A stretch of DNA of 64,000 nt from Alcaligenaceae bacterium (lineage in GTDB: Bacteria; Pseudomonadota; Gammaproteobacteria; Burkholderiales; Burkholderiaceae_B): NCBI GenBank assembly GCA_012511555.1, contig JAAZFX010000056.1, positions 19,445-83,444 of the forward strand, in the 5' to 3' direction. The position numbers and the translations under genes were made by a program. The notes under the pieces are model-generated. The model saw nothing but the letters and a program-made list of their open reading frames with translations. It was not told the origin of the DNA and made no database searches. Below, piece by piece: positions 1 through 9,392 of this stretch (position 1 is the stretch's first letter; the number at the start of each line of letters is the position of its first letter).

Positions 1-214
1 CTTGCACTAAAGCCATCAGATCATCATCAACCTGAACATGACCCGGCACATCGGTAATTTTTGATGGATTACGTGTAGCAATACGGACTATCTCAATACG
101 ACAACCGGCACGACGAGCAATCTCATCCGCATTGCGATTGAGTACAGCCCAAGTACCACTACCAACTACTCCAAAGCCGAGTAAACCCACCTTAACCGGT
201 TTTAAATCATTCAC
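1..214 (-). CDS. hom: Homoserine dehydrogenase, N-terminal part (runs off the window)
   Basis: Manual translation from GTG at 214: [37 protein letters not shown]... This has a Rossmann GxGxxG motif and overlaps the alaC stop codon. Confidence 0.9.
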   Translation of the reverse strand, partial: MNDLKPVKVGLLGFGVVGSGTWAVLNRNADEIARRAGCRIEIVRIATRNPSKITDVPGHVQVDDDLMALVQ

Positions 215-1397
215 TAAAAGCACCATCCTTTTTAAACATCTCTTTAATTCCTCTTACCGCTTGGCGAATACGTTGCTCATTTTCTATTAGAGCAAAACGG
301 ACATAATCATCACCATACTCACCGAAACCGATACCGGGAGAAATAGCTACTTTAGCCTCAGCCAACAACTTTTTAGAAAACTCAAGCGAACCCAAGTCCT
401 TATAAAACTCAGGAATTTTTGCCCAGATATACATTGACGCCTTAGGAATATCAACCATCCAACCAAGATCATGTAAACCCTTGGCTAACACATCGCGACG
501 CTTCTGATAAATAGCTACTTGCTGAACAACACTATCTTGAGGACCATCTAAGGCTGCAATCGCGGCAACCTGAATCGGCGTAAACATACCATAGTCGTGA
601 TAACTCTTAATTCGGGCCAGCGCACTAACCACCTCTTCGTTACCAACCATAAAGCCTACGCGCCAACCGGCCATATTATAGCTTTTACTGAGAGTAAAAA
701 ACTCAACTGCGACCTCTTTGGCACCAGGTACTTGCATAATCGAAGGAGCGACATAGCCATCAAAGTTCATATCAGCGTATGCCAAGTCATGCACGACAAT
801 CATATTATGTGTTTTAGCCAACTCAACAATGCGCTCAAAAAACTCCAGATCAACGCATTGAGCTGTTGGATTGCTCGGGAAACCAATAATCAACATCTTT
901 GGTTTAGGAATACACTCACTTACCGCCTTTTCAATTTCGGCAAAGAAGTCACCCCCCGGAATCATCGGCACAGAACGAATATTAGCTCCGGCAATCACCG
1001 CACCATAAATATGAATGGGGTAACTTGGATTTGGTACTAAAACGGTATCACCCTCAGCCAAAGTAGCAAGCATCAAATGCGCCAGCCCCTCTTTGGAGCC
1101 AATAGTAACAATTGCTTCAGTTTCAGGATCTAACTGCACATCATAACGACGCTCATACCAATCTGCGATGGATTTACGCAAACGGAAAATACCCTTGGAT
1201 ACTGAATAACCATGTGTGTGCGGCTTTTGGGCTGACTCAAGTAACTTATCAACGATATGCTGCGGCGTTGGACCATCAGGATTGCCCATGGAAAGATCGA
1301 TAATATCTTCACCACGTGCTCGCGCAGCCATCTTAAGCTCGCCGGTAATATTAAACACATAAGGAGGTAAACGCTCTATGCGCGGAAAAGATCTCAT
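207..1397 (-). CDS. alaC: PLP-dependent class I/II aminotransferase (alanine transaminase AlaC/YfdZ type)
   Basis: [12 protein letters not shown] start, DLAY motif and [12 protein letters not shown] with the PLP lysine. Confidence 0.9.
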   Translation of the reverse strand: MRSFPRIERLPPYVFNITGELKMAARARGEDIIDLSMGNPDGPTPQHIVDKLLESAQKPHTHGYSVSKGIFRLRKSIADWYERRYDVQLDPETEAIVTIGSKEGLAHLMLATLAEGDTVLVPNPSYPIHIYGAVIAGANIRSVPMIPGGDFFAEIEKAVSECIPKPKMLIIGFPSNPTAQCVDLEFFERIVELAKTHNMIVVHDLAYADMNFDGYVAPSIMQVPGAKEVAVEFFTLSKSYNMAGWRVGFMVGNEEVVSALARIKSYHDYGMFTPIQVAAIAALDGPQDSVVQQVAIYQKRRDVLAKGLHDLGWMVDIPKASMYIWAKIPEFYKDLGSLEFSKKLLAEAKVAISPGIGFGEYGDDYVRFALIENEQRIRQAVRGIKEMFKKDGAFSE

Positions 1398-1574
1398 AGC
1401 CCCACCACTAATAAATAAAATATTGACAAACTATTTAATCTATCCTATCTAGGATTATCGGGCAATTAGTTTAGAGAAAATAGCAAATTTTCCATATGAA
1501 AGATGTGGTATGTACAACTTATAGTCATTAACATGTCACAATTGAAATCTAAGATTGCTCGAAAAGGAGATATT

Positions 1575-2021
1575 GTGGAACTACAATTACAATCATCAAA
1601 CACTGCCAATACAGTCACTGGCTACGGTGCTGACTATATAGAAATCAATGAAACAAAGTATCACCAAGCCGTTTTCTTTCGTCCCGATGGGCCGATTAAT
1701 ACGTGGGCGGTCAAAAGCATAGAAGACATCACCTTAGAGGCTCTGATCAAAGCAGCCGGTTTAATTGAAAAAGAAGCTGACCCCATTGCTTTTTTAAGCG
1801 GTGGCAATACCGGCCCTACCTACGAAAACATTCCGGAACTAATTATTATTGGCACCGGTAAAAAACAACAGTTTATCTCTCCGACAATACTACATCCTTT
1901 ACTAGCGAATCGTATCGGTGTTGAGTGTATGGATACACAAGCCGCTGCACGTACCTATAACGTTCTTATGAGCGAAAACCGTCAAGTAGTTGCAGCACTA
2001 TTATTAGATGGGTTAGATTAA
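1575..2021 (+). CDS. Mth938/DUF498-like protein
   Basis: IIIGTG and GVECMDTQAAARTYNVLMSENRQVVAAL motifs. Start moved from 1503 to GTG 1575, which follows the AGGAGA RBS. Confidence 0.85.
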   Translation: MELQLQSSNTANTVTGYGADYIEINETKYHQAVFFRPDGPINTWAVKSIEDITLEALIKAAGLIEKEADPIAFLSGGNTGPTYENIPELIIIGTGKKQQFISPTILHPLLANRIGVECMDTQAAARTYNVLMSENRQVVAALLLDGLD

Positions 2022-2062
2022 ATATTGATCATCCTAAAATTTTATCAATTTGGAGCTTAAGA

Positions 2063-2533
2063 ATGAGTACAACAGTAGAACTGAACAAAAAAGTAAATGA
2101 CTTTACGGCCGAAACTAATGACGGCACAATTTCTTTAAGTGATTTTAGCGGTAAATACTTAGTACTTTATTTTTACCCTAAAGATAATACCCCTGGTTGT
2201 ACTAACGAGTCGAAAGACTTCCGCGATCAATATGACGCTTTTAAATCACTAAATGCCGAGATTGTCGGCGTCTCCCGTGACTCTTTAAAATCGCATCAAA
2301 ACTTTATCGATAAGTTAGAACTGCCTTTTGAACTCATTGCCGATACAGAGGAAGCTCTTTGCAATCAGTTTGATGTGATCAAAGATAAAAATATGTTTGG
2401 CAAAATAGGCCGTGGCATTGAACGCAGCACTTTTTTAATTAATCCAAAGGGTGTTTTAATCGCAGAATGGCGCAAAGTCAAAGTTGATGGACATGTAAAT
2501 GAAGTACTTAAAACCTTAAAAGAGTCACAATAA
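2063..2533 (+). CDS. bcp: Peroxiredoxin BCP/PrxQ
   Basis: LYFYPKDNTPGCT active-site motif and ERSTF. Confidence 0.92.
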   Translation: MSTTVELNKKVNDFTAETNDGTISLSDFSGKYLVLYFYPKDNTPGCTNESKDFRDQYDAFKSLNAEIVGVSRDSLKSHQNFIDKLELPFELIADTEEALCNQFDVIKDKNMFGKIGRGIERSTFLINPKGVLIAEWRKVKVDGHVNEVLKTLKESQ

Positions 2534-2587
2534 GATTTATATTTAAGCTCGTCATCCTTTTCTTCTAAAATTTTTGGTGTATTAACT

Positions 2588-4321
2588 ATGGCTCTTCCTA
2601 AACCTCCCCTTAAGCCGGCAACTCGTCTTGATATGACTGACATTCCAACACCAAGGGTTCGTCGCGCCAGAAAAAGCACGGCAAAAACAGCCATCCAGCC
2701 AGTATCTGAAGCTATTTCGACTCAGGCTGAAGAGATATTATTGCCACCATCAGCGATCTCTATAGTTAAAGAAACAGCTACACCAACACTAGCAACTCAG
2801 GAAAGGCCGCAAGAAGAAAAGGCTGTCGCAAAAAAAGTGAGCACCAAACAAGCAACAGCTGTGCCACGCAAAACGGCTACCAGAACAACTGTCGCGACCA
2901 AAAAGCAGATTCAAGGTAGAGCAGCAGTGGCTAATGAAGCACATAAATTATTTATTTTAGACACCAATGTCATGCTTCACGACCCCACCTGCTTATTTCG
3001 CTTTCAAGAACATGATATTTTCTTGCCGATGATGGCATTAGAAGAGCTAGACCACAACAAAAAAGGGCTCACAGAAGTAGCACGCAATGCTCGTCAAGTC
3101 AGCCGCACACTCGACTCCCTCGTTAGTGATCATGAGGATTTAACTCAAGGAATCCCCCTAAATAGGCTTGGCAACAAAGAAGCAACTGGTCAGCTATTTT
3201 TTGAAACTCAAAAGTTTGAACAATTAAATCAACAACAAATCGAAGCCGACAAGCCTGATAACATCATCTTAAATGTTGTGCAGACTCTACAAAAAACTGA
3301 GCAAAAGCGAGAAGTTATCTTAGTTTCCAAAGATATTAATATGCGCTTAAAGGCCAAAGCTCTTGGCTTATCATCTGAGGACTATTTAAACGATCACTCA
3401 CTAGAAGACTCGGATTTAGTTTATGACGGCGTGATGCAGCTACCTGATAATTTCTGGCTACGTCACGGCAAGGATGTAGAATCATGGATTCAAGGTGGTA
3501 CGACCTACTACAAAATCAAGGGTCCGCTATGTGCAGAGTTCCTGGTCAACCAGTTTGTTTATCTTGAGGGCGATACACCGCTCTATGCCCAAGTTAAAGA
3601 AGTTACCGGCAAGACAGCCGTACTAGCCACGGTACGTGATTACACACACAAAAAGAATAATGTTTGGGGCGTGACCGCTCGCAATAGAGAACAAAACTTT
3701 GCCCTTAACCTTTTAATGAGCCCTGAAGTTGATTTCGTTTCTTTATTAGGTCAAGCCGGTACCGGTAAAACCTTATTAGCTTTAGCAGCAGGATTGACTC
3801 AAGTACTGGAGACCAAGCGCTACACCGAGATCATTATGACCCGTGTCACCGTCTCAGTTGGGGAGGACATTGGTTTCTTGCCAGGGACTGAAGAAGAGAA
3901 GATGCAGCCTTGGATGGGGGCGCTGGAGGACAACCTTGAGTTCCTACACTCAGGTAATAACAGCGAAAACCTACAAGAATGGGGACGCAGTGCCAGCAAA
4001 GAGTTAATTAACTCCCACATTAAAGTTCGCTCCTTAAACTTTATGCGTGGGCGAACCTTCTTAAATAAATTTGTCATCATTGATGAGGCACAAAACTTGA
4101 CCCCCAAGCAGATGAAGACATTAATTACACGCGCCGGACCTGGCACCAAAATTATTTGCTTGGGTAATATTGCACAAATTGATACACCCTATCTAACCGA
4201 AGGCAGTTCAGGTCTAACCTACGTAGTTGATAGATTTAAAAGCTGGCCACACTCAGGGCATGTAACACTACAAAAAGGTGAACGCTCACGACTCGCCGAT
4301 TACGCTTCTGATGTACTATAG
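2588..4321 (+). CDS. PIN domain + PhoH ATPase fusion protein
   Basis: PIN motifs LDTNV, EELD and SKDINMR; Walker A GQAGTGKT; RGRT and DEAQN. Confidence 0.9.
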   Translation: MALPKPPLKPATRLDMTDIPTPRVRRARKSTAKTAIQPVSEAISTQAEEILLPPSAISIVKETATPTLATQERPQEEKAVAKKVSTKQATAVPRKTATRTTVATKKQIQGRAAVANEAHKLFILDTNVMLHDPTCLFRFQEHDIFLPMMALEELDHNKKGLTEVARNARQVSRTLDSLVSDHEDLTQGIPLNRLGNKEATGQLFFETQKFEQLNQQQIEADKPDNIILNVVQTLQKTEQKREVILVSKDINMRLKAKALGLSSEDYLNDHSLEDSDLVYDGVMQLPDNFWLRHGKDVESWIQGGTTYYKIKGPLCAEFLVNQFVYLEGDTPLYAQVKEVTGKTAVLATVRDYTHKKNNVWGVTARNREQNFALNLLMSPEVDFVSLLGQAGTGKTLLALAAGLTQVLETKRYTEIIMTRVTVSVGEDIGFLPGTEEEKMQPWMGALEDNLEFLHSGNNSENLQEWGRSASKELINSHIKVRSLNFMRGRTFLNKFVIIDEAQNLTPKQMKTLITRAGPGTKIICLGNIAQIDTPYLTEGSSGLTYVVDRFKSWPHSGHVTLQKGERSRLADYASDVL

Positions 4322-4397
4322 ACCCTAAAATGAAATACTAGGCTATAGATAAGACTCAACAAGGGTCGTCTGTAGATTAATTTAATATAAGTTAAAC

Positions 4398-5411
4398 ATG
4401 CAATTTAATTACAAACGATTAATTCCTGATCAATTTACTATTTTATTAACCTTTGTTGTTGTCATTGCTACTCTCCTACCGGCCCAAGGCCGAGGAGAGA
4501 TAGTAGTTGACTGGTCAAGTAAAATAGCGATTGCACTATTATTTTTCTTACATGGAGCAAGGCTTTCCAGACAAGCTATTTTCCAAGGCATAACACATTG
4601 GAAAATTCATATTGTGATCTTCTGTATCACCTTTATCATTTTCCCGCTCATCGGCATTTTGTTACGCCCAGTGCTTGAACCGCTAATGACGCCTACTTTG
4701 TATTTGGGCTTTTTATACCTTTGTATGCTCCCCGGCACGGTGCAATCTGCCATTGCTTTCACCTCAATGGCTAGAGGTAATTTAGCCGCTGCAATTTGCA
4801 ATGCTTCGGCCTCGAGCATGATTGGAATATTTGTAACCCCTCTATTAGTGGCATTAGTCTTGACTGACTTTAGTGATCAGATTCCAAGCATTAACTTGAT
4901 GTCAGTGCTGAAGATTATTGTTCAGTTATTCGTACCTTTTATCATCGGCCACCTATTGCGACCTTACCTGGGCGAGTTTTTATTGAGAAATAAGTTACTT
5001 GTCAAAATTGTGGATCAAGGCTCGATTTTACTAGTCGTTTATGCGGCATTCTCACACGCTGTAAATGAAGGCTTATGGCATGAAACACCTTTATCCGCTC
5101 TCATTGCTGTATTTTTTGTTAGTGCCCTGATTTTGACTATTGCGTTGGGAGCAAGTCACTTTATAGCTAAAGCATTAGGTTTCAATCTAGCCGATCGAAT
5201 TACAATTTTGTTTTGTGGATCTAAAAAGAGTTTAGCCAGTGGCCTACCAATGGCCCAAGTCATTTTTGCCGGGATGCCCATTGGTTCGATTATCTTACCT
5301 TTAATGATTTTCCATCAACTACAGCTCATGGCTTGCGCTGTTATTGCCAATAAATTAGGAAAACGTCCCTTAAGCGCTGAAGAAATAGAGACTGAGAAAG
5401 TCACCGCATAA
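4398..5411 (+). CDS. Bile acid:sodium symporter-like membrane protein (YfeH type)
   Basis: FFLHGARLS, LPGTVQSAIAFT and FCGSKKSLASG motifs; multiple TM segments. Confidence 0.85.
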   Translation: MQFNYKRLIPDQFTILLTFVVVIATLLPAQGRGEIVVDWSSKIAIALLFFLHGARLSRQAIFQGITHWKIHIVIFCITFIIFPLIGILLRPVLEPLMTPTLYLGFLYLCMLPGTVQSAIAFTSMARGNLAAAICNASASSMIGIFVTPLLVALVLTDFSDQIPSINLMSVLKIIVQLFVPFIIGHLLRPYLGEFLLRNKLLVKIVDQGSILLVVYAAFSHAVNEGLWHETPLSALIAVFFVSALILTIALGASHFIAKALGFNLADRITILFCGSKKSLASGLPMAQVIFAGMPIGSIILPLMIFHQLQLMACAVIANKLGKRPLSAEEIETEKVTA

Positions 5412-5414
5412 AGC

Positions 5415-5437
5415 AAGGGGAGCTTTAAGCTCCCCTT
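5415..5437. terminator. Hairpin between convergent genes (probable bidirectional terminator)
   Basis: AAGGGGAGCT-tta-AGCTCCCCTT. Confidence 0.7.
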
Positions 5438-5440
5438 CTT

Positions 5441-6106
5441 CTATTTACCGCTAACCGCCTGTACTTCTCTTAAGATCCGTAGAGGAATACAAGTTTCTAA
5501 ACGCACCCGCATTTGAGTAATTAAACTAGGGTCCAAAGAGTCATCCAATCCCTGAACCAGGTCAACGGTACAATCCCCATCTAAGTTATCAATTGCCATC
5601 TGAGCAATATGACTATGCTTAGGATCAACCTCCACATCACTTGCCGCATGAAAAAGATGTAAGGTTTGCTGCAAAGAAATAGGCTCCTGAGGTATGCTAA
5701 TAAATCGGCTACCAAAAGCAATTAAACGTCCGGCTAAAGGTGAATCTTGTTTTGCCAACTCCAGTACTAAAGAACCTAAACTCCCTACACCTACCAGGGC
5801 GGTAGCTGCAGATTCAATTAAAAACTCTTTTTGTTGCTCTTGAATAAACTTAATCCAAGCGGGTTGAACTACGTCCAACCATGCCTGTTGCTCTGCTTCA
5901 GCTAGATCCTCTGTTAAGGGCTTTGCTTCTACCAAACTAATGTTCATCAAGACAGCCTGAGGAAATCGCGCCGACAACACTTTGACAACCTGATCAGCGT
6001 CATCTATATCTTCTGCTTTGGCAGAACGAGACAAAACAATAAAGAGTTGACCAATATTTACTTGTTCTTTTGGCAGGTACTTTTTGTTAATAATAAATTT
6101 TGCCAT
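5441..6106 (-). CDS. Degenerate alpha/beta-hydrolase, YpfH esterase-like, probably catalytically inactive
   Basis: The C-terminal half (ATALVG...LAGRLIAFGSRF...TLHLFH...GDCTVDLVQGL) resembles YpfH by eye, but the GxSxG motif and the catalytic His are absent. Confidence 0.6.
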   Translation of the reverse strand: MAKFIINKKYLPKEQVNIGQLFIVLSRSAKAEDIDDADQVVKVLSARFPQAVLMNISLVEAKPLTEDLAEAEQQAWLDVVQPAWIKFIQEQQKEFLIESAATALVGVGSLGSLVLELAKQDSPLAGRLIAFGSRFISIPQEPISLQQTLHLFHAASDVEVDPKHSHIAQMAIDNLDGDCTVDLVQGLDDSLDPSLITQMRVRLETCIPLRILREVQAVSGK

Positions 6107-6202
6107 TGACTTAATTTCAATCCTGTAGTGATTAATTTCTTTTGAAGTAACGGATATATAATAAGGTCATTAAGTTAAAATTCAACTCAATCATTAGGAA
6201 AC

Positions 6203-6667
6203 ATGATGTCTGACAGTTTAAAAGATAAAATCACCAACGCCACCAAAAACGCAATGAGAGCACGTGATTCTGCTCGCTTAGGCACCTTACGTTTATTACA
6301 GGCAGCAATTAAGCAGCGCGAAGTTGATGAGCGTATTGAGCTTAACGATGAAGATGTGGTGGCTATTATTGATAAGCAAATCAAGCAACGCAAAGAATCC
6401 ATTCAAGCCTACGAAAGCGCCGGTCGTACAGATACTGCCGCTGCGGAACAAGCAGAAATTGATGTATTAACTGAGTTTATGCCTGAACAAGCTAGCCCAG
6501 AAGAAGTGTCAGCTTTAATCGAGGAAGTGCTGGCACAATTAAGTGCTGATGGCGTCACCGGTGGAGCCGCTATGGGCAAAGCCATGGGCGCTATTAAGCC
6601 CAAACTGGCAGGCCGCGCCGACATGTCTGAAGTATCCAAGTTGTTAAAAGAAAAATTAATGTCCTAA
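6203..6667 (+). CDS. GatB/YqeY domain protein
   Basis: AMRARD..RLGTLRLL..AIKQREVD, KQRKESI..Y..AGR and GRADM. Confidence 0.92.
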   Translation: MMSDSLKDKITNATKNAMRARDSARLGTLRLLQAAIKQREVDERIELNDEDVVAIIDKQIKQRKESIQAYESAGRTDTAAAEQAEIDVLTEFMPEQASPEEVSALIEEVLAQLSADGVTGGAAMGKAMGAIKPKLAGRADMSEVSKLLKEKLMS

Positions 6668-6670
6668 TTT

Positions 6671-7732
6671 TTAAAACAAACTTAACTGAGAATCCACAGC
6701 TTCTTTGCTTAGGAACTGGCTAATCCCAATGCCTGCTAAGCGATAAAGCTGTGATTTCTCATGAGGACTCAGTTGCTCCAATAAGTTCTCAGCCTGCTGC
6801 AAGATCTCATCAGCTTGATGCAGTACTTGCGAAAGCGTGATTGAACGTGTCATTACTCTAAAATCCGCCGTTTTTAAACGCAAAGTCACACAGTGACCAA
6901 ATTGCCCCTTGCGCTGCGCAGAAGAAGCCACTTTTTCTGCCAAAGGTGGCAATGCTTGCGCTATCTCCTCAACAGTCAAATCACTCATAAAGGTATTTTC
7001 AGCAGAGATCTGCTTAGGCTCACGGTCCGGCTTAACTGGTCTCTTATCTACGCCTCTCGCCAATTGATATAGTCTATATCCATAACTGCCAAAATGGTGG
7101 GTCAATTCCCCTAAGCTAAATCTCGATAAATCTTCTACCGTAAATACTTTCAACTGATGCATTTTAGCTAAAGTCACTCGACCTACCCCTGGAATTTTTT
7201 GCACAGCTAATGGCAACAAAAACTCCATCATTTTTTGAGGTGATACTACTTTAATGCCATTTGGCTTATTCCAGTCAGATGCTATTTTTGCTAAAAACTT
7301 ATTGGGCGCGACGCCTGCCGATGCGGTTAATCCGGTAGTTGCGACAATATCTTGACGGATTAATTGAGCCACCTCAGTTGCTATCGGTATTTTAAGCTTA
7401 TTGTCAGTGACATCTAAATAGGCCTCGTCTAATGACAAAGGCTCTATCAAATCAGTATGTTTTTTAAAAATCTCATGGACCTGGCTCGATACCGCTCGAT
7501 ACTTAGCGAAATTAGGCGGCAAGTAAATCGCTGTCGAACATAATTGCTTGGCTTTAGCAACTGACATAGCTGAATGTACTCCGTACTCCCTAACCTCATA
7601 AGAAGCTGCACAAACTACTGAACGCTCGCCCTCCCAAGCCACAACCACAGGCAGGCCCTTTAAGTCGGGTCTATCGCGTAGTTCAACGGAGACATAAAAC
7701 GCGTCCATATCAATGTGAATAATTTTTCGCAT
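6671..7732 (-). CDS. dinB: DNA polymerase IV
   Basis: RKIIHIDMDAFYVSVE, SYEVR and SLDEAYLD Y-family motifs. ATG 7732 preferred; the ORF extends to GTG 7753. Confidence 0.95.
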   Translation of the reverse strand: MRKIIHIDMDAFYVSVELRDRPDLKGLPVVVAWEGERSVVCAASYEVREYGVHSAMSVAKAKQLCSTAIYLPPNFAKYRAVSSQVHEIFKKHTDLIEPLSLDEAYLDVTDNKLKIPIATEVAQLIRQDIVATTGLTASAGVAPNKFLAKIASDWNKPNGIKVVSPQKMMEFLLPLAVQKIPGVGRVTLAKMHQLKVFTVEDLSRFSLGELTHHFGSYGYRLYQLARGVDKRPVKPDREPKQISAENTFMSDLTVEEIAQALPPLAEKVASSAQRKGQFGHCVTLRLKTADFRVMTRSITLSQVLHQADEILQQAENLLEQLSPHEKSQLYRLAGIGISQFLSKEAVDSQLSLF

Positions 7733-7791
7733 CGTTTCAAAGGAGTTCTTCACTGAAATAAATAAAAAAATACACTACAATAATTAGTCTT

Positions 7792-7809
7792 GTCGCTTAA
7801 TTAAGCGAC
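7792..7809. promoter_or_regulatory. Perfect 18-bp palindrome in the divergent dinB/lipoprotein intergenic region
   Basis: GTCGCTTAA|TTAAGCGAC; function inferred only. Confidence 0.45.
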
Positions 7810-7829
7810 TTATTTTCGGAGCATAACAT

Positions 7830-7976
7830 ATGGGTAAAATTCAAAAACTTCTCTTTATTTTAGCAGCTGCAGCGTTTTTAACTGCCTGCACTGGTCAGCA
7901 CCCGGATAGTTACCAAGGTCCTGCGGCCCCTAAACCACAAGATCTGCCACCGCCAACCAGTCTGTTTAATGAGTAA
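7830..7976 (+). CDS. Small 48-aa lipoprotein (not in the ORF track)
   Basis: MGKIQKLLFILAAAAFLTACTGQHPDSYQGPAAPKPQDLPPPTSLFNE*. GGAG RBS at 7818-7821, lipobox LTAC, and an 8-nt gap to the next ORF. Confidence 0.8.
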   Translation: MGKIQKLLFILAAAAFLTACTGQHPDSYQGPAAPKPQDLPPPTSLFNE

Positions 7977-7984
7977 TAAAACGC

Positions 7985-8332
7985 ATGCAAAACTACTTAA
8001 GCAGTTCGTTTAATCGCTATGTTGAATACTTTAATGGGGAATCCAGTGACAATATTGGCATAGAACTACTTTGCACCTTTGAAGGCACACATGTATTTCT
8101 AAGCTTCATTGCGACCGATATTGACTACGAACTAATCCCGGAAATTCTACCTGAAGAGCGCTTCGAAAACGGCTCTGTCCATGTCAGCGAGTTACTTCAA
8201 GAAACCAATATTGATGATGAAATTGAAACCATTTTAAGCAATGCAACCGAAGGTGACACCTTAGTCTTCTTCTGCGAATCAACCGCAGTCATTGAACGCG
8301 CTTTAAAATCACTCGCCTATAGCAACCACTAA
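7985..8332 (+). CDS. Hypothetical acidic protein
   Basis: 115-aa Asp/Glu-rich ORF filling the gap; family not recognised. Confidence 0.7.
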   Translation: MQNYLSSSFNRYVEYFNGESSDNIGIELLCTFEGTHVFLSFIATDIDYELIPEILPEERFENGSVHVSELLQETNIDDEIETILSNATEGDTLVFFCESTAVIERALKSLAYSNH

Positions 8333-8339
8333 GCTAGCA

Positions 8340-9326
8340 CTAGCGCGACCATCCCTTATACTCAAGAATATAATTATATGCGCTAATAATTTCTTGAGTT
8401 TTCTCTTTAGCCATATCGACAAGCCCCTCAGGAAGATTCTGACCCGCTAACTTATCAGGATGATATTGATTAATGAGTTTACGATAGACCCTCTTTAACT
8501 CATCTTGTTCAACATCTTCTGTGACGCCCAAGGTGGCCAAAGACTCAGCTAATTTAGATTTTGTTGCTCGGCTCCAACCATGCTCCTGATAACCGGCACT
8601 ACCGCCAGAAGAATACCCTTGGTGACTACCACCTCGACTACTGTATGAAGAGCCACTCCTTTGCTCGTAAGTTTTTTGCCCGGAACCTTGTTCGAACTGA
8701 GAAATAAAGTTTTCAAAAAGCTCAGGGCGCGCGCCTGTCAGCGGAAACAAATCACGGACAATCTCTTTTTCAGACATAATAATACGACCATCCAAGATAG
8801 CTGCACCTAAACAAATATCAAAGAACATTCGCTGAAAATTTGGAAAAGCTATAAACTGCTTTTTTAACTCTGCCACTAAGACAGATAGTGAAAAATCTGC
8901 CGCTTTGCCTTGATTAAAGCGTTTTCTTGCTTCAACACGTAAAGCCTCAGGAAGACGGAGCTGATTCATTACCCCATTAGCCAAATCAATATCTTTTTCT
9001 TTGACTCTGCCTTTGGCTTTAGCTATGCGGCCTAAGCACAAGAATAAAGTAGCGACATAAAATGAAATAGGTGTAAAAACCTCATTAGGAAAAATAGCCG
9101 AACGAATATGACCCTTGGCAAAATCATAAGCACTCGCCTTTTGGCGAGCTTTACCCCAACTAGCTTCACCCCAAGACTGCCCCCCTGCCGAATTCACCTG
9201 GCGATTACGATGCTTGATATAACGCCATAAATAAGAAGTCACAATGGCGGCAAATAAACCGATAAAAAAACTATCGTAAGTTTCCGCAAAGTATAAAAAA
9301 ACTAAAAAATAAACTATAAAACGCAT
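8340..9326 (-). CDS. djlA: DjlA-like membrane co-chaperone (TM + TerB-like domain + J domain)
   Basis: N-terminal TM segment, LGRIAKAKGRV...DI, Gly/Ser linker and a C-terminal J domain with YHPDKL. Confidence 0.82.
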   Translation of the reverse strand: MRFIVYFLVFLYFAETYDSFFIGLFAAIVTSYLWRYIKHRNRQVNSAGGQSWGEASWGKARQKASAYDFAKGHIRSAIFPNEVFTPISFYVATLFLCLGRIAKAKGRVKEKDIDLANGVMNQLRLPEALRVEARKRFNQGKAADFSLSVLVAELKKQFIAFPNFQRMFFDICLGAAILDGRIIMSEKEIVRDLFPLTGARPELFENFISQFEQGSGQKTYEQRSGSSYSSRGGSHQGYSSGGSAGYQEHGWSRATKSKLAESLATLGVTEDVEQDELKRVYRKLINQYHPDKLAGQNLPEGLVDMAKEKTQEIISAYNYILEYKGWSR

Positions 9327-9392
9327 GTTTGCCGAGCATTGTCATGATGAAGAGCTTATCTGAGCACATCTAGATAAGGTATGTTCTATATT

